From Candidatus Saccharimonadota bacterium (GTDB taxonomy: Bacteria > Pseudomonadota > Alphaproteobacteria > CAJXXZ01 > 1604HC), in assembly GCF_008189405.1 (NCBI RefSeq), contig NZ_CP043316.1, positions 540,001 to 572,000 of the forward strand: a DNA stretch of 32,000 nt, read 5' to 3'. Below are positions 1 to 8,954 of this stretch, piece by piece (positions within the stretch are counted from its first letter, which is position 1; the number at the start of each line of letters is the position of its first letter). The position numbers and the translations under genes are program-made. Under the pieces are notes generated by a model. The model was not told where the DNA came from, ran no database searches, and saw only the letters and a list, made by a program, of their open reading frames with translations.

Positions 1-1688
1 TAGTGTCTGGAATAGTTGCTTTAACTTTGACGCCTGTCATGACTGCATCATTATTACAAAATGACAAGCAATTAGATTGGAAAATTATTAAAAAATTCGA
101 TAAATTACTTGTAAAACTAGAGAATACATATAAAAAATATCTTACACATACTATAAATTATCGAAATTACGTTATGCTAGGAGCTTTTATCTTTGGATTG
201 CTTGGGTTTATCACAGCAAAATATGGAATAAAATCTATTATTGTTCCAGAACAAGATAAAGGAGTAATAGCTATTTCATTAACACCAACTAGTGGTGCAA
301 ATGTAAAATATATGGAATATACAATTTCCAAAGCTGAGACTATAATCAAAAAGCAAAGTGGCGTTGATTCAGTATATTCTGATTTCCATAGTGGTGGTGA
401 TAGAGCTACACTTTATGCATTGTTAGCACCATTTGCAAACAGAAAATCATCTAAAATCATTGCTAAAAACATTGAATATGACTTCAAAAAGTCTTTGCCT
501 GGAACTCAAGCACATATATCATCTGATATTGGATCACTAGGTGGAAACTCACAAGAAATAACAGCAATTATTAAAAGTAATAAATCATATGATGAGCTTG
601 AAAGATTAGGATTGCGTTCAATAAGAACATTTCAATCTCATCCAGCTATTGAGAATATTAGATATAGTCGAGTTGTGCCTGAAAAAACATTTAACATGGA
701 AGCCAATAGAGGGCGTGCATTATCTTTAGGTGTTGATTTATCTGCTCTGAGAGATAATGTTGCTATGATAATGAGAGGAAACCCTCCTGCAGTACGATAT
801 GAGCGAGATGGAAAGCGTTACCCTGTAAGTGTATGGGCAGATGAAAAGTTCAGAAAAGACCCTGAAGGAATTAAACGATTCCATGTTTATACTAATATTC
901 CTGATGAAAAAGATAGATCTGCTAGAAAACTGATCTCTTTGAAAGATATTATTCAAGTTGTTGAATCATCATCTAGGCCGATGATTTTACATCAAGATGG
1001 AGTAAGAGCCTTTGAGATCTATGGGTCATTAAAACCTGGTTATGATACAATCACAACCTATAAAGACATTGAGTCACAATTATATGCATCATTACCATCT
1101 GGGTATGTTGTTAGTCCAGGATTGAATGTAAAAAACCTAATGGAGGAAGGAAGTAACTTCTCAGTCATTCTGATCTTGGCTTTGATTTTCATTTTCTTGA
1201 TCTTAGCAGCTCAATTTGAAAGTTTTTATGATCCATTAATTATCATGACATCTGTTCCATTAGCGCTTTCAGGTGCTATTTTAACTATATTCTTCATTCC
1301 AGGATTAAGTTTAAATATATATAGCCAGATTGGACTTGTCACACTAATCGGTTTGATTACAAAACATGCTGTTCTAATTGTGGATTATTATAAAAAAGAA
1401 CTTGAAGCAAAAAATGACATTATAAAATCAGTTATGAATGCTTCATTACTACGATTAAAGCCAATTCTAATGACTACACTTGCCATGGTTCTTGGTGCTG
1501 CACCACTTATTTTAGCTGGTGGATTTGGATCTGAATTCAGGAGAGAAATTGGATGGGTAATCGTAGGTGGAATGTCTTTTGGTACATTTTTCACATTATT
1601 TGTGATTCCAGCAGCGTGTATTGTATTTGCAGACTTGCGCTTTTTGATTACAAAAGTTAAAATGAAGGACGATAATGGGAGACAATAA
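1..1688 (+). CDS. RND-family (AcrB-like) efflux transporter permease, C-terminal ~560 aa; the 5' end lies outside the window
   Basis: The frame is open from the window edge. The TM-rich C-terminal half carries RND hallmarks: LILAAQFESFYDPLIIMTSVPLALSGAIL (compare AcrB AAQYES...), GLVTLIGLITKHAVLIVDY and LRLKPILMTTLAMVLGAAPL. A large soluble loop lies between the TM bundles. Confidence 0.85.
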   Translation, partial: VSGIVALTLTPVMTASLLQNDKQLDWKIIKKFDKLLVKLENTYKKYLTHTINYRNYVMLGAFIFGLLGFITAKYGIKSIIVPEQDKGVIAISLTPTSGANVKYMEYTISKAETIIKKQSGVDSVYSDFHSGGDRATLYALLAPFANRKSSKIIAKNIEYDFKKSLPGTQAHISSDIGSLGGNSQEITAIIKSNKSYDELERLGLRSIRTFQSHPAIENIRYSRVVPEKTFNMEANRGRALSLGVDLSALRDNVAMIMRGNPPAVRYERDGKRYPVSVWADEKFRKDPEGIKRFHVYTNIPDEKDRSARKLISLKDIIQVVESSSRPMILHQDGVRAFEIYGSLKPGYDTITTYKDIESQLYASLPSGYVVSPGLNVKNLMEEGSNFSVILILALIFIFLILAAQFESFYDPLIIMTSVPLALSGAILTIFFIPGLSLNIYSQIGLVTLIGLITKHAVLIVDYYKKELEAKNDIIKSVMNASLLRLKPILMTTLAMVLGAAPLILAGGFGSEFRREIGWVIVGGMSFGTFFTLFVIPAACIVFADLRFLITKVKMKDDNGRQ

Positions 1689-1978
1689 TGTTAAAATTAA
1701 GATTTGCTAGAGGTGGTAAAAAGAGAAATCCTGTGTTCTTCCTTGTAGTTGCTGAAAGCCAATCGCCAAGAGATGGAAGATTTGTAGAAAAACTAGGGAC
1801 TTATACTCCAAAACTAAAAAATGAACAAAGGTTTATTTTTAATGAGGATCGTATTAAGCACTGGATTTCTAAAGGTGCTCAATTAACTGATAGAGCACAA
1901 TATCTACTTGGCTTACAAGGTATAGTAAAACCTATAGTAAGAAAAACAGTAGAACCTGTAGCTGCAATAGCAGAATAG
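1688..1978 (+). CDS. rpsP: 30S ribosomal protein S16 (bS16)
   Basis: The N-terminus MLKLRFARGGKKRNPVFFLVVAESQSPRDGRFVEKLGTYTP is canonical bS16. The ATG overlaps the upstream stop codon (TAATG). Confidence 0.95.
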   Translation: MLKLRFARGGKKRNPVFFLVVAESQSPRDGRFVEKLGTYTPKLKNEQRFIFNEDRIKHWISKGAQLTDRAQYLLGLQGIVKPIVRKTVEPVAAIAE

Positions 1979-1996
1979 TACATACTTTAAAAACTT

Positions 1997-2455
1997 ATGG
2001 ACAATAATTACATAATTATAGGAAAAACTTTTAAACCTCATGGATTAAAGGGAAACTTACAGATGCATCTTTACTCTGAAGATGTTGATTATAGTGAAGT
2101 ATATATAAATGATCAACAATTAATAATTGAAGATCTAAATATATTGCAAGATAATAAATCAATAATAAAATTTAAAAATTTAGATAAAATTGAAGATATT
2201 GAGCATCTCTGTAAAAATAATGTATATATTAAAAAAGCAAAATTGCCAAATAATGAGCTGTATTGGGATGAGTTAATTAGTATGCAAATTTATACTCCAA
2301 ATGGAGATTTAGTTGCTACTGTATCTGCTGTGCATGACTTTGGAGCTGGATTAGTTTTGGAAACAGAATTAGATTGCATGTTTTCATGGGAGCAAGTAGA
2401 AAAGTTTGATAAAACTACAAAAACAATCACACTAAAAGATAATAAATTATACTAA
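1997..2455 (+). CDS. rimM: 16S rRNA processing protein RimM (short, 152 aa)
   Basis: It sits directly downstream of rpsP, the conserved rpsP-rimM order. IGKTFKPHGLKGNLQMHLYSED matches the RimM N-terminal G-x-x-HG-x-KG motif. Confidence 0.85.
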   Translation: MDNNYIIIGKTFKPHGLKGNLQMHLYSEDVDYSEVYINDQQLIIEDLNILQDNKSIIKFKNLDKIEDIEHLCKNNVYIKKAKLPNNELYWDELISMQIYTPNGDLVATVSAVHDFGAGLVLETELDCMFSWEQVEKFDKTTKTITLKDNKLY

Positions 2456-2834
2456 TATTATATAAATATAATCACAGATAATGATATAAAAATTAGAAAA
2501 TAGTTATAAAAACTAAAAAATCATACTGATATATTAGCAATAATTATATAAAACCATCTGCTTGATCACATTAGAAAGTTAGTTATATTAGAAAAACTAG
2601 CTTATTACAACTCAAAGAGATTTGGTTTACTATATGCAGAAACACTATAAAGGCATTTAAGAAATCTAATTAATTAAATTAATATATATAAATTCTGCTT
2701 GATTGTATTAAATATATATTCAGAATACTATGAATTTCTGATCTATTTCCTGACTTGTTCCATTATAAGCACTCATTCAAAGCAATTAATAAAACAGCAT
2801 AATGGATTTATATAATTATCTTATAAACGACATA

Positions 2835-3596
2835 TTAAGTACTTTGAATATGATGAATCCATTGTGATACCCTTTGATTCTTTTGCATCTGTGATTCTTT
2901 TCTTAATTCACGTTGAATAACTATATCTTTTTCATCTAAATCTCCTAATAATTTCACTGTTTTCTTAGATGCATTATATGCTCTCACAAGTGGAAGTCTA
3001 AATTTAGTCTGCACTTCACATGACATTAATTCAGCTTGAGACATCAGTATGGAAGATTCATCAGCACAAACCATATCTAAATCCAAATCATCTTGTACTG
3101 AACCTGATGTAAATTCACTTATTAAAGATTCAACCTCAGTATTTTTCTTTGACATACCTAAACCTTGCTCTAATAAATACAAATACTCACTACATTTTTC
3201 ACTATATTCTTTTTTTAATAAATGCAAAGCACCACATTCTTGTGCAATATCATACTTTGATACTTCACTATCTTTTTCAATTTCTTGATATTCTTCAATG
3301 TCTATATATTTTTCATAATCAGTACCAGAGTTGATAGGGAATAGATTGAATATTTCACCTTGATATTCCTGCTCTGATTTGTAAGATGCTTGGGATTTAT
3401 CATCTTCATCAGAAAACACCAAAGGTGATACTGAAATATCAGGAGATTCTGAGGGGGTTTCTATGAAAACATTTCTAACTCCCATTGATCGCACAGGAAT
3501 AATAAACTGATCATCAGGAGTTTGAAAATCTTCACTAGGTCCCATTGCATTAGAACATAACATTACTAATAATATACTTAAAATTAACACTTTCAT
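2835..3596 (-). CDS. Hypothetical secreted acidic protein (253 aa), no recognised family
   Basis: This is the longest ORF in the region. It has an N-terminal signal peptide (MKVLILSILLVMLCSNAMG) followed by a D/E/S-rich mature region. Long AT-rich spacers flank it on both sides. Confidence 0.6.
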   Translation of the reverse strand: MKVLILSILLVMLCSNAMGPSEDFQTPDDQFIIPVRSMGVRNVFIETPSESPDISVSPLVFSDEDDKSQASYKSEQEYQGEIFNLFPINSGTDYEKYIDIEEYQEIEKDSEVSKYDIAQECGALHLLKKEYSEKCSEYLYLLEQGLGMSKKNTEVESLISEFTSGSVQDDLDLDMVCADESSILMSQAELMSCEVQTKFRLPLVRAYNASKKTVKLLGDLDEKDIVIQRELRKESQMQKNQRVSQWIHHIQST

Positions 3597-3938
3597 ACTA
3601 TAACATGCTCACTCAGCACTTGTAAAGTTCTGATTAAGTAATTATTAAGTGTAAATTATATAAAATACATATCAAAATCATATAAAAATTAATGTATAAT
3701 TTAATCTTTAGTATGATCTTTAATACAAATTTGACATATAATCAATTTTTGACCTAATCATTTTAATATAATATGACTTAAATTTTATTATGTAAAATAC
3801 AAATATTAAGCCTAAATTTTATTTATAATATACATTACTCTTTACTTGGTCGATTATTTTAATCTTTACTTATTCAGTTAAGCATATAAATTTTATAAGA
3901 AATCTGTTCAATATTTTCTATTCAATATACAATAACTC

Positions 3939-4310
3939 ATGAACGAGTTTAGTATGGATAAACCATTACATGGTATTCAGGAAGATAAGGAGATAAAAGT
4001 TATATTTATTTTCCCAGATAATAGCGAAAAAGAATGCATCGCTAATGTAGGTGAAAATTTATTAAATGTAATAAGAAATAATGATATTCCTATTCCTTGC
4101 TCTTGTGGGGGTGCACTTGCATGCTCTACGTGCCATGTGGTTCTAGATGAAGAAACATTTGAACTATTAGAAGATAATGGGAAAGAAGCTAGCGAAGATG
4201 AGGAAGACCTACTTGAAGTTGCATCAGGGCTTAAAGACACCTCAAGATTAGGGTGTCAAATTGTTCTTACTCCAAAAATGGATGGAATGAAAGTTTCGTT
4301 GCCAAGATAA
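3939..4310 (+). CDS. fdx: 2Fe-2S ferredoxin, adrenodoxin/ISC type
   Basis: The cluster ligand pattern C-x5-C-x2-C...C is present in CGGALACSTCHV plus SRLGCQI. The acidic EDEEDLLE segment and a length near 120 aa fit adrenodoxin-like ferredoxins. Confidence 0.9.
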   Translation: MNEFSMDKPLHGIQEDKEIKVIFIFPDNSEKECIANVGENLLNVIRNNDIPIPCSCGGALACSTCHVVLDEETFELLEDNGKEASEDEEDLLEVASGLKDTSRLGCQIVLTPKMDGMKVSLPR

Positions 4311-4443
4311 AGTTTTTCTTGATCAATTAACATCAAAGTAATGCAAAAAATATAATCAAAGCAATACAAAAGAATATCTAAATAAATAAAAATATATAAC
4401 CATAGAGTAATGTATAATTAGATATAAACACTAGGAGATTGAA

Positions 4444-5274
4444 ATGTTTAAAGTATTAGGAAAAGGATCATTTGGAAGTGCAGTTAAACACATCATTACT
4501 AATTCTAACTTACCACTCACAGATCAAAATTATAAATTCATTATCCCAGCTGTACCATCTTATGCGGTACCAGAAGTTTTAGAGAAAGAGAGTATAGATA
4601 GATTGCGTAAGAACAATATAACTATAATTTTTGTCTCCAAGGGATTTTTATATACTGGAGAACTACTAGGAGAATGGGCAAATCACAAAAGATTAGACTG
4701 GGCTGTATTTGCAGGGCCACATTTTGCTTCAGAATTACAAAGTAATTTGCCTACATATTCCATGCTTGGATATGAGAAAGAGATTCCAGAAATTAAAAAT
4801 TGGAGCAATATGAATGTAATGCTCTCTACTGATAAAATCGCAATTCAGTTACTTGGCGCTTTAAAAAATATTTATGCATGCTTCTTTGGAATAATTGCAG
4901 GATTAGAATTAGGGAGAAATTACACAGCTTCAATGTTCACATTTGTACTTAAAGAAATACAACAAATATTTGATGATATGCATTTAAATCAAGAAGCTAT
5001 ATATAGTTATGCAGGAATCAGTGATCTAATCTTAACTTGTACAAGCAGCAAATCTAGAAACTATAAAGAAGGGTTTAATCGTACACAATCAATTTTAAGT
5101 AACCATTTAAGCGAAGCAAAACATTCTGCCATTGCGTTTACTAAGAGATTCAATAGCACAAGTAAAGAACATAAAAAATATCAGATTTGCAGGTTTATTA
5201 GTGAAGTAATGAAATTAGATTTACATACAAAATCAGAAATCCAAAAACTATTACATCAATATATAGCAATTTAA
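4444..5274 (+). CDS. gpsA: NAD(P)H-dependent glycerol-3-phosphate dehydrogenase-like protein, divergent and shortened (276 aa)
   Basis: GpsA landmarks are present: N-terminal VLGKGSFGSA (GxGxxG), GPHFASELQSNLPT (compare GPSFAKE...LPT), LGALKNIYA (catalytic Lys region) and DLILTCTSSKSRNYKEGF (compare LTC...SRN..G). About 50 aa of the Rossmann domain appear to be missing. Confidence 0.7.
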   Translation: MFKVLGKGSFGSAVKHIITNSNLPLTDQNYKFIIPAVPSYAVPEVLEKESIDRLRKNNITIIFVSKGFLYTGELLGEWANHKRLDWAVFAGPHFASELQSNLPTYSMLGYEKEIPEIKNWSNMNVMLSTDKIAIQLLGALKNIYACFFGIIAGLELGRNYTASMFTFVLKEIQQIFDDMHLNQEAIYSYAGISDLILTCTSSKSRNYKEGFNRTQSILSNHLSEAKHSAIAFTKRFNSTSKEHKKYQICRFISEVMKLDLHTKSEIQKLLHQYIAI

Positions 5275-5500
5275 ATAATAAATTGATTAATACCTATCAA
5301 TGCAAATATGAATAAATTTGCTTGCCAGTAAATTGCCTTTTATCAGTACGAATTCTCATGCAATCTAACATAAAAAAATTAAATCTTTTGATTACTCTTT
5401 TTAACAAAGCTATCTAATGTATCGCAAGCAAATAGATCAAGATGAACATTATTATAAATTGATAAATACCAACTATTTAAATTAGTCATGCATTCTATGA

Positions 5501-6070
5501 TCATTTAACATGTTCATTCAGCATATCCCAAACTATTGTAAGGCCATCTTTCACTTTGATTCCTTTGATTTGTGCATGCATAGCAAATTCCATATCCTGC
5601 TCTGAATCCCCAATAAACCATATATTATGATCATTTTTTAATTTGTACTTTTTGCATAAATTCAAAACTGAGCCAGGATTTGGCTTTGGCTTAAATCCAT
5701 CTTCACTCCCAATAATCATATCAAAATAATCCCATCGTAATTCATTAACTTGATCTCGTATTTCTTGCCCACTTCCATTACTAATAATACATTGTGGAAT
5801 ATTATTCTGCTTAAAATATTTCATTAATGATACAGCATATGGAGAAACCCATGTTGAAGAACGTTCTAATTCAAGTGGAAATTGCGCCTTAATTACATTA
5901 CGCATTGCTATCGAAATCTGATTCCAGTATTGTGACAGCTCTTTTTGCTGGGTGATTTCAAAGATTTTCCCAGTATGCTTCTTCAACAATCTATTCATTA
6001 TAAAAGTATGTGCATTTTCTGGATTCTCAATTGTGCCTAGCCAGTCCCAAAGAACTAAAGTTGGTTTCAT
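5501..6070 (-). CDS. HAD-superfamily hydrolase
   Basis: Motif I-like LVLWDWLGTI lies at the N-terminus. ISNGS is a motif II-like segment. Motif IV is GDSEQDMEFA. A size of 189 aa is typical of phosphoglycolate-phosphatase-like HADs. Confidence 0.75.
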   Translation of the reverse strand: MKPTLVLWDWLGTIENPENAHTFIMNRLLKKHTGKIFEITQQKELSQYWNQISIAMRNVIKAQFPLELERSSTWVSPYAVSLMKYFKQNNIPQCIISNGSGQEIRDQVNELRWDYFDMIIGSEDGFKPKPNPGSVLNLCKKYKLKNDHNIWFIGDSEQDMEFAMHAQIKGIKVKDGLTIVWDMLNEHVK

Positions 6071-6241
6071 AAATCGATTTTAGCACAGCATAATAATTTT
6101 GCAGAGTATTATTATATCTATTCACCCAAATAATATATTACAACCTTTATAGCAAAATAATATCTTATAATCTTGATAGTGTTTATAGTATTTTTTCATA
6201 AAATTGAATATATTGAGACAAAGATAGGGATTGATTAAAGA

Positions 6242-7897
6242 ATGGGAATTTTAGATTTGTTTTTTAAGAGCAAAAGATACCATAAATGTCTTACGTACCC
6301 ATGTGTAATTGTTTCAGCACAAGGGGAAATCCTAGACTATAATAAAGAATTTGCATCTAATTTTAGTGAATCAATGGGAGAGAAATTCTCCAGTGTTATA
6401 AAGATAGTGCATGATCATGGACGAGTGATTACAGAAAAATTTGATAATAAATGGGAGTTAAATTATTTGCAAATCTCTAAGAATGAGTATCATGTATTAT
6501 TTTTCCCATATTCAAATGATAATTTTCTGATTGATATTCCATCTCCGCTAGTAATTGTGAATTCTAATGGCGATATTGTGCATTTTAATCGAGAGTTCCA
6601 AAAATATTTCGATATAGACTTACATAATCAAAATCTGGCTAACTTATTTTCTTTTAACTCTGAGTCACTGAAATCAATCGAGACTTCGCATGAAGTAAAC
6701 ATCAATGATGATACTACAATACTTGTGCGGTATAAACCAACAAATTGTGCAATGTGGATTGTATCTTTAACAGATAAGAGCGAGATTAATGAAATTAAAT
6801 ATAAAATGATTAAGGCACAGCATTTGCAATCATTAGGACAATTAATTGCGAGTGTCAGCCATGATTTTAATAATATGTTCACAGCAACAAGTGGGTTTTG
6901 TGAGATTTTAATCGAAAAAACAAAAGATACTGAAATATATAGCGAAATAAATGAAATTATGCAACATATCTCCAGTGCCAAAGATCTGTCAAAGCAGCTT
7001 GTAAAGTTTGTTTCAAATAATAATATTGAAAATTGTAATCCATACCAAACTCTGTCGAACTTAAATAAAATAGCAATGAAACTAGTAGGAGATCATATTG
7101 ATATTCAGTTTGATTTACAAGAACTCGATACAACTATTCATCTATCTAATAGTAGCTTAGAGCGCATCATGATTAATATGATTATAAATAGTAGAGATGC
7201 AATTACTAAAGATGGAATAATAAATATAAAATTACGTGATGCTGAAAAAGCTTTAGATCATTTAGAGAATCATATAGACTATATCTCGATATCTGTACAA
7301 GATAATGGCCATGGAATTCCTAAAGAAAATAGGCGAAAAGTATTCGATCCATTTTTCTCTACTAAAAAAGATGGAACCGGGTTGGGTTTGTCAAACATTG
7401 CGCAAATCATTAAAAATGCAAAAGGCAAATTAGATTTAGAAAGTAATGAAAATGGAACAACTATTACAATATTACTTCCCAAAGCAAATAATAAGCTGAA
7501 AAAACCTATGCAAAATCAGTATAAAAAAACCAATATACCAAGAAAAATATTAATCGTAGAAGATGAAGCAGGGGTACGAAAAGTAATGTGGCATGCTCTA
7601 AAGAAGGATGGGCACAATATAATCGAGGCACATAACGGGAAAATCGCACTGGACAAACTGCAAAGTAATCAAGATTTAGATTTAGTCATAACAGATGCAT
7701 CACTACCGGAATTAAGCGGAGATAAGTTAGCAAAAGAAATCAAAAGTACATTCCCAAATATCAAAGTACTTGTAGTTTCTGGATATGATGAAAGTATGAT
7801 TAAGTCTAAATTTGAACAATATGATGGATTCTTGCCTAAACCATTTACAATTAGCCAATTGTTAGAAAAAACTCATGAAATCATAAATAACATATAG
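6242..7897 (+). CDS. Hybrid sensor histidine kinase/response regulator, soluble, CckA-like H-box
   Basis: Two PAS-like modules are present (VIVSAQGEILDYNKEFASNF and LVIVNSNGDIVHFNREFQKYF). The H-box is LGQLIASVSHDFNNMF. The ATPase boxes are MINMIINSRDA, DNGHGIP and GTGLGLS. A C-terminal receiver follows (ILIVEDE ... LVITDASLPELSG ... LPKPF). I see no hydrophobic TM segment. Confidence 0.85.
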   Translation: MGILDLFFKSKRYHKCLTYPCVIVSAQGEILDYNKEFASNFSESMGEKFSSVIKIVHDHGRVITEKFDNKWELNYLQISKNEYHVLFFPYSNDNFLIDIPSPLVIVNSNGDIVHFNREFQKYFDIDLHNQNLANLFSFNSESLKSIETSHEVNINDDTTILVRYKPTNCAMWIVSLTDKSEINEIKYKMIKAQHLQSLGQLIASVSHDFNNMFTATSGFCEILIEKTKDTEIYSEINEIMQHISSAKDLSKQLVKFVSNNNIENCNPYQTLSNLNKIAMKLVGDHIDIQFDLQELDTTIHLSNSSLERIMINMIINSRDAITKDGIINIKLRDAEKALDHLENHIDYISISVQDNGHGIPKENRRKVFDPFFSTKKDGTGLGLSNIAQIIKNAKGKLDLESNENGTTITILLPKANNKLKKPMQNQYKKTNIPRKILIVEDEAGVRKVMWHALKKDGHNIIEAHNGKIALDKLQSNQDLDLVITDASLPELSGDKLAKEIKSTFPNIKVLVVSGYDESMIKSKFEQYDGFLPKPFTISQLLEKTHEIINNI

Positions 7898-8013
7898 TGG
7901 CAAACCATAGAAATGACAATTAATCAAAATGACAGCCTATCAAATACGCAAAAAAGATGGGATTCATCTTATTAATTCATTGAAAATTAAATATTTATAT
8001 CACATTATAAGGT

Positions 8014-8397
8014 ATGACTTTAGCTTGTAATGCCGGATGTGTAAATTGTAGCTTTGGAATAGCTCCATCTGACTTAACTATTTTACCTGTAAAAAGAGTG
8101 AACGCTTCAAAACAGCCAGCCGCAACAATATTGGATAATGTCCCTATATTAAATGTTAAACCATTTGGAATGTGCATGACTCCATCAAATCCAGCTGTTG
8201 CATCAATTATTGCATCAAGCTTAGGAACTGTAACTCAAGCACCATGCATCCCTGCTATAGTTGCTCCATGGGTTGCTGGGAAACCAAACGTTTCAATTGG
8301 AGGAACTCCAGCTTTGAACAATCAATCAACAGCATTTTGTATATGGGGAGGAATAATCAGCTTTATTTACCCTGGACAAGTAACTGTACAAACTTAA
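8014..8397 (+). CDS. DUF4280 / PAAR-like domain protein (type VI secretion spike-tip family), 127 aa, no toxin extension
   Basis: The whole-length pattern is typical of DUF4280: N-terminal A-x-C-x-C-S-F-G, PAATILDNVPILNVKPFGMC, APCIPAIVAPWVAGKPNVSIGGTPALNNQS and C-terminal GQVTVQT. It is Gly/Ala/Pro/Cys-rich, in contrast to its neighbours. Confidence 0.8.
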   Translation: MTLACNAGCVNCSFGIAPSDLTILPVKRVNASKQPAATILDNVPILNVKPFGMCMTPSNPAVASIIASSLGTVTQAPCIPAIVAPWVAGKPNVSIGGTPALNNQSTAFCIWGGIISFIYPGQVTVQT

Positions 8398-8668
8398 CTA
8401 TATATGTAGTGTATAAATCAAACTGTACAAACAAAAATCTATATAATCAGCAAATAATAAATTATATGAAAGCATAAGTAGTAATTTGCATAAGAATCTA
8501 AACTGCAAGTTACACATGCCTAATAATATAATGATCAATAGGCTTGACTTAAAAATACAAATAAGCTGTATAATCTTAAAACATAGATTAAAAAAATCTT
8601 TATTTATACTGTGAAAATCATAATCAGATATTGCTTTTGGATAATTTGATTAGTATGATTAGTTTGAT

Positions 8669-8739
8669 TGGGGTATAGCCAAGCGGCAAGGCAACGGGTT
8701 TTGATCTCGTGATCCTAGGTTCGAATCCTAGTACCCCAG
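8669..8739 (+). tRNA. tRNA-Gln (anticodon UUG)
   Basis: TGGGGTATAGCCAAGCGGCAAGGCAACGGGTTTTGATCTCGTGATCCTAGGTTCGAATCCTAGTACCCCAG folds by hand. The acceptor is TGGGGTA/TACCCCA, the anticodon stem ACGGG/CTCGT, the loop TT-TTG-AT and the T arm CTAGG-TTCGAAT-CCTAG. It closely resembles E. coli tRNA-Gln. CCA is not encoded. Confidence 0.9.
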
Positions 8740-8954
8740 TCGACTAACAAACAATGGGCATAAATATATAGAATAATTAATTCATAATGCGTTTTCTAAA
8801 TAAAATGATGTAGTTAACCATATGAACCTAATATCACTATTTTATTTTGCAAAAATTAACTATTTCAAGAAATATATGATATCTATCATGACAATGTTTT
8901 GCAGTGCATCTGATGTTGAAAAAACAATAAGCATCCAAAGAATATTAGCTCTAT

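Noticed and set aside
8172-8477. A 101-aa plus-strand ORF overlapping the 3' two-thirds of the DUF4280 gene in another frame.
   Set aside because: The DUF4280 frame shows a family pattern over its full length. This alternative frame is Cys/Asn/Ser-rich with no motif and runs into the spacer.
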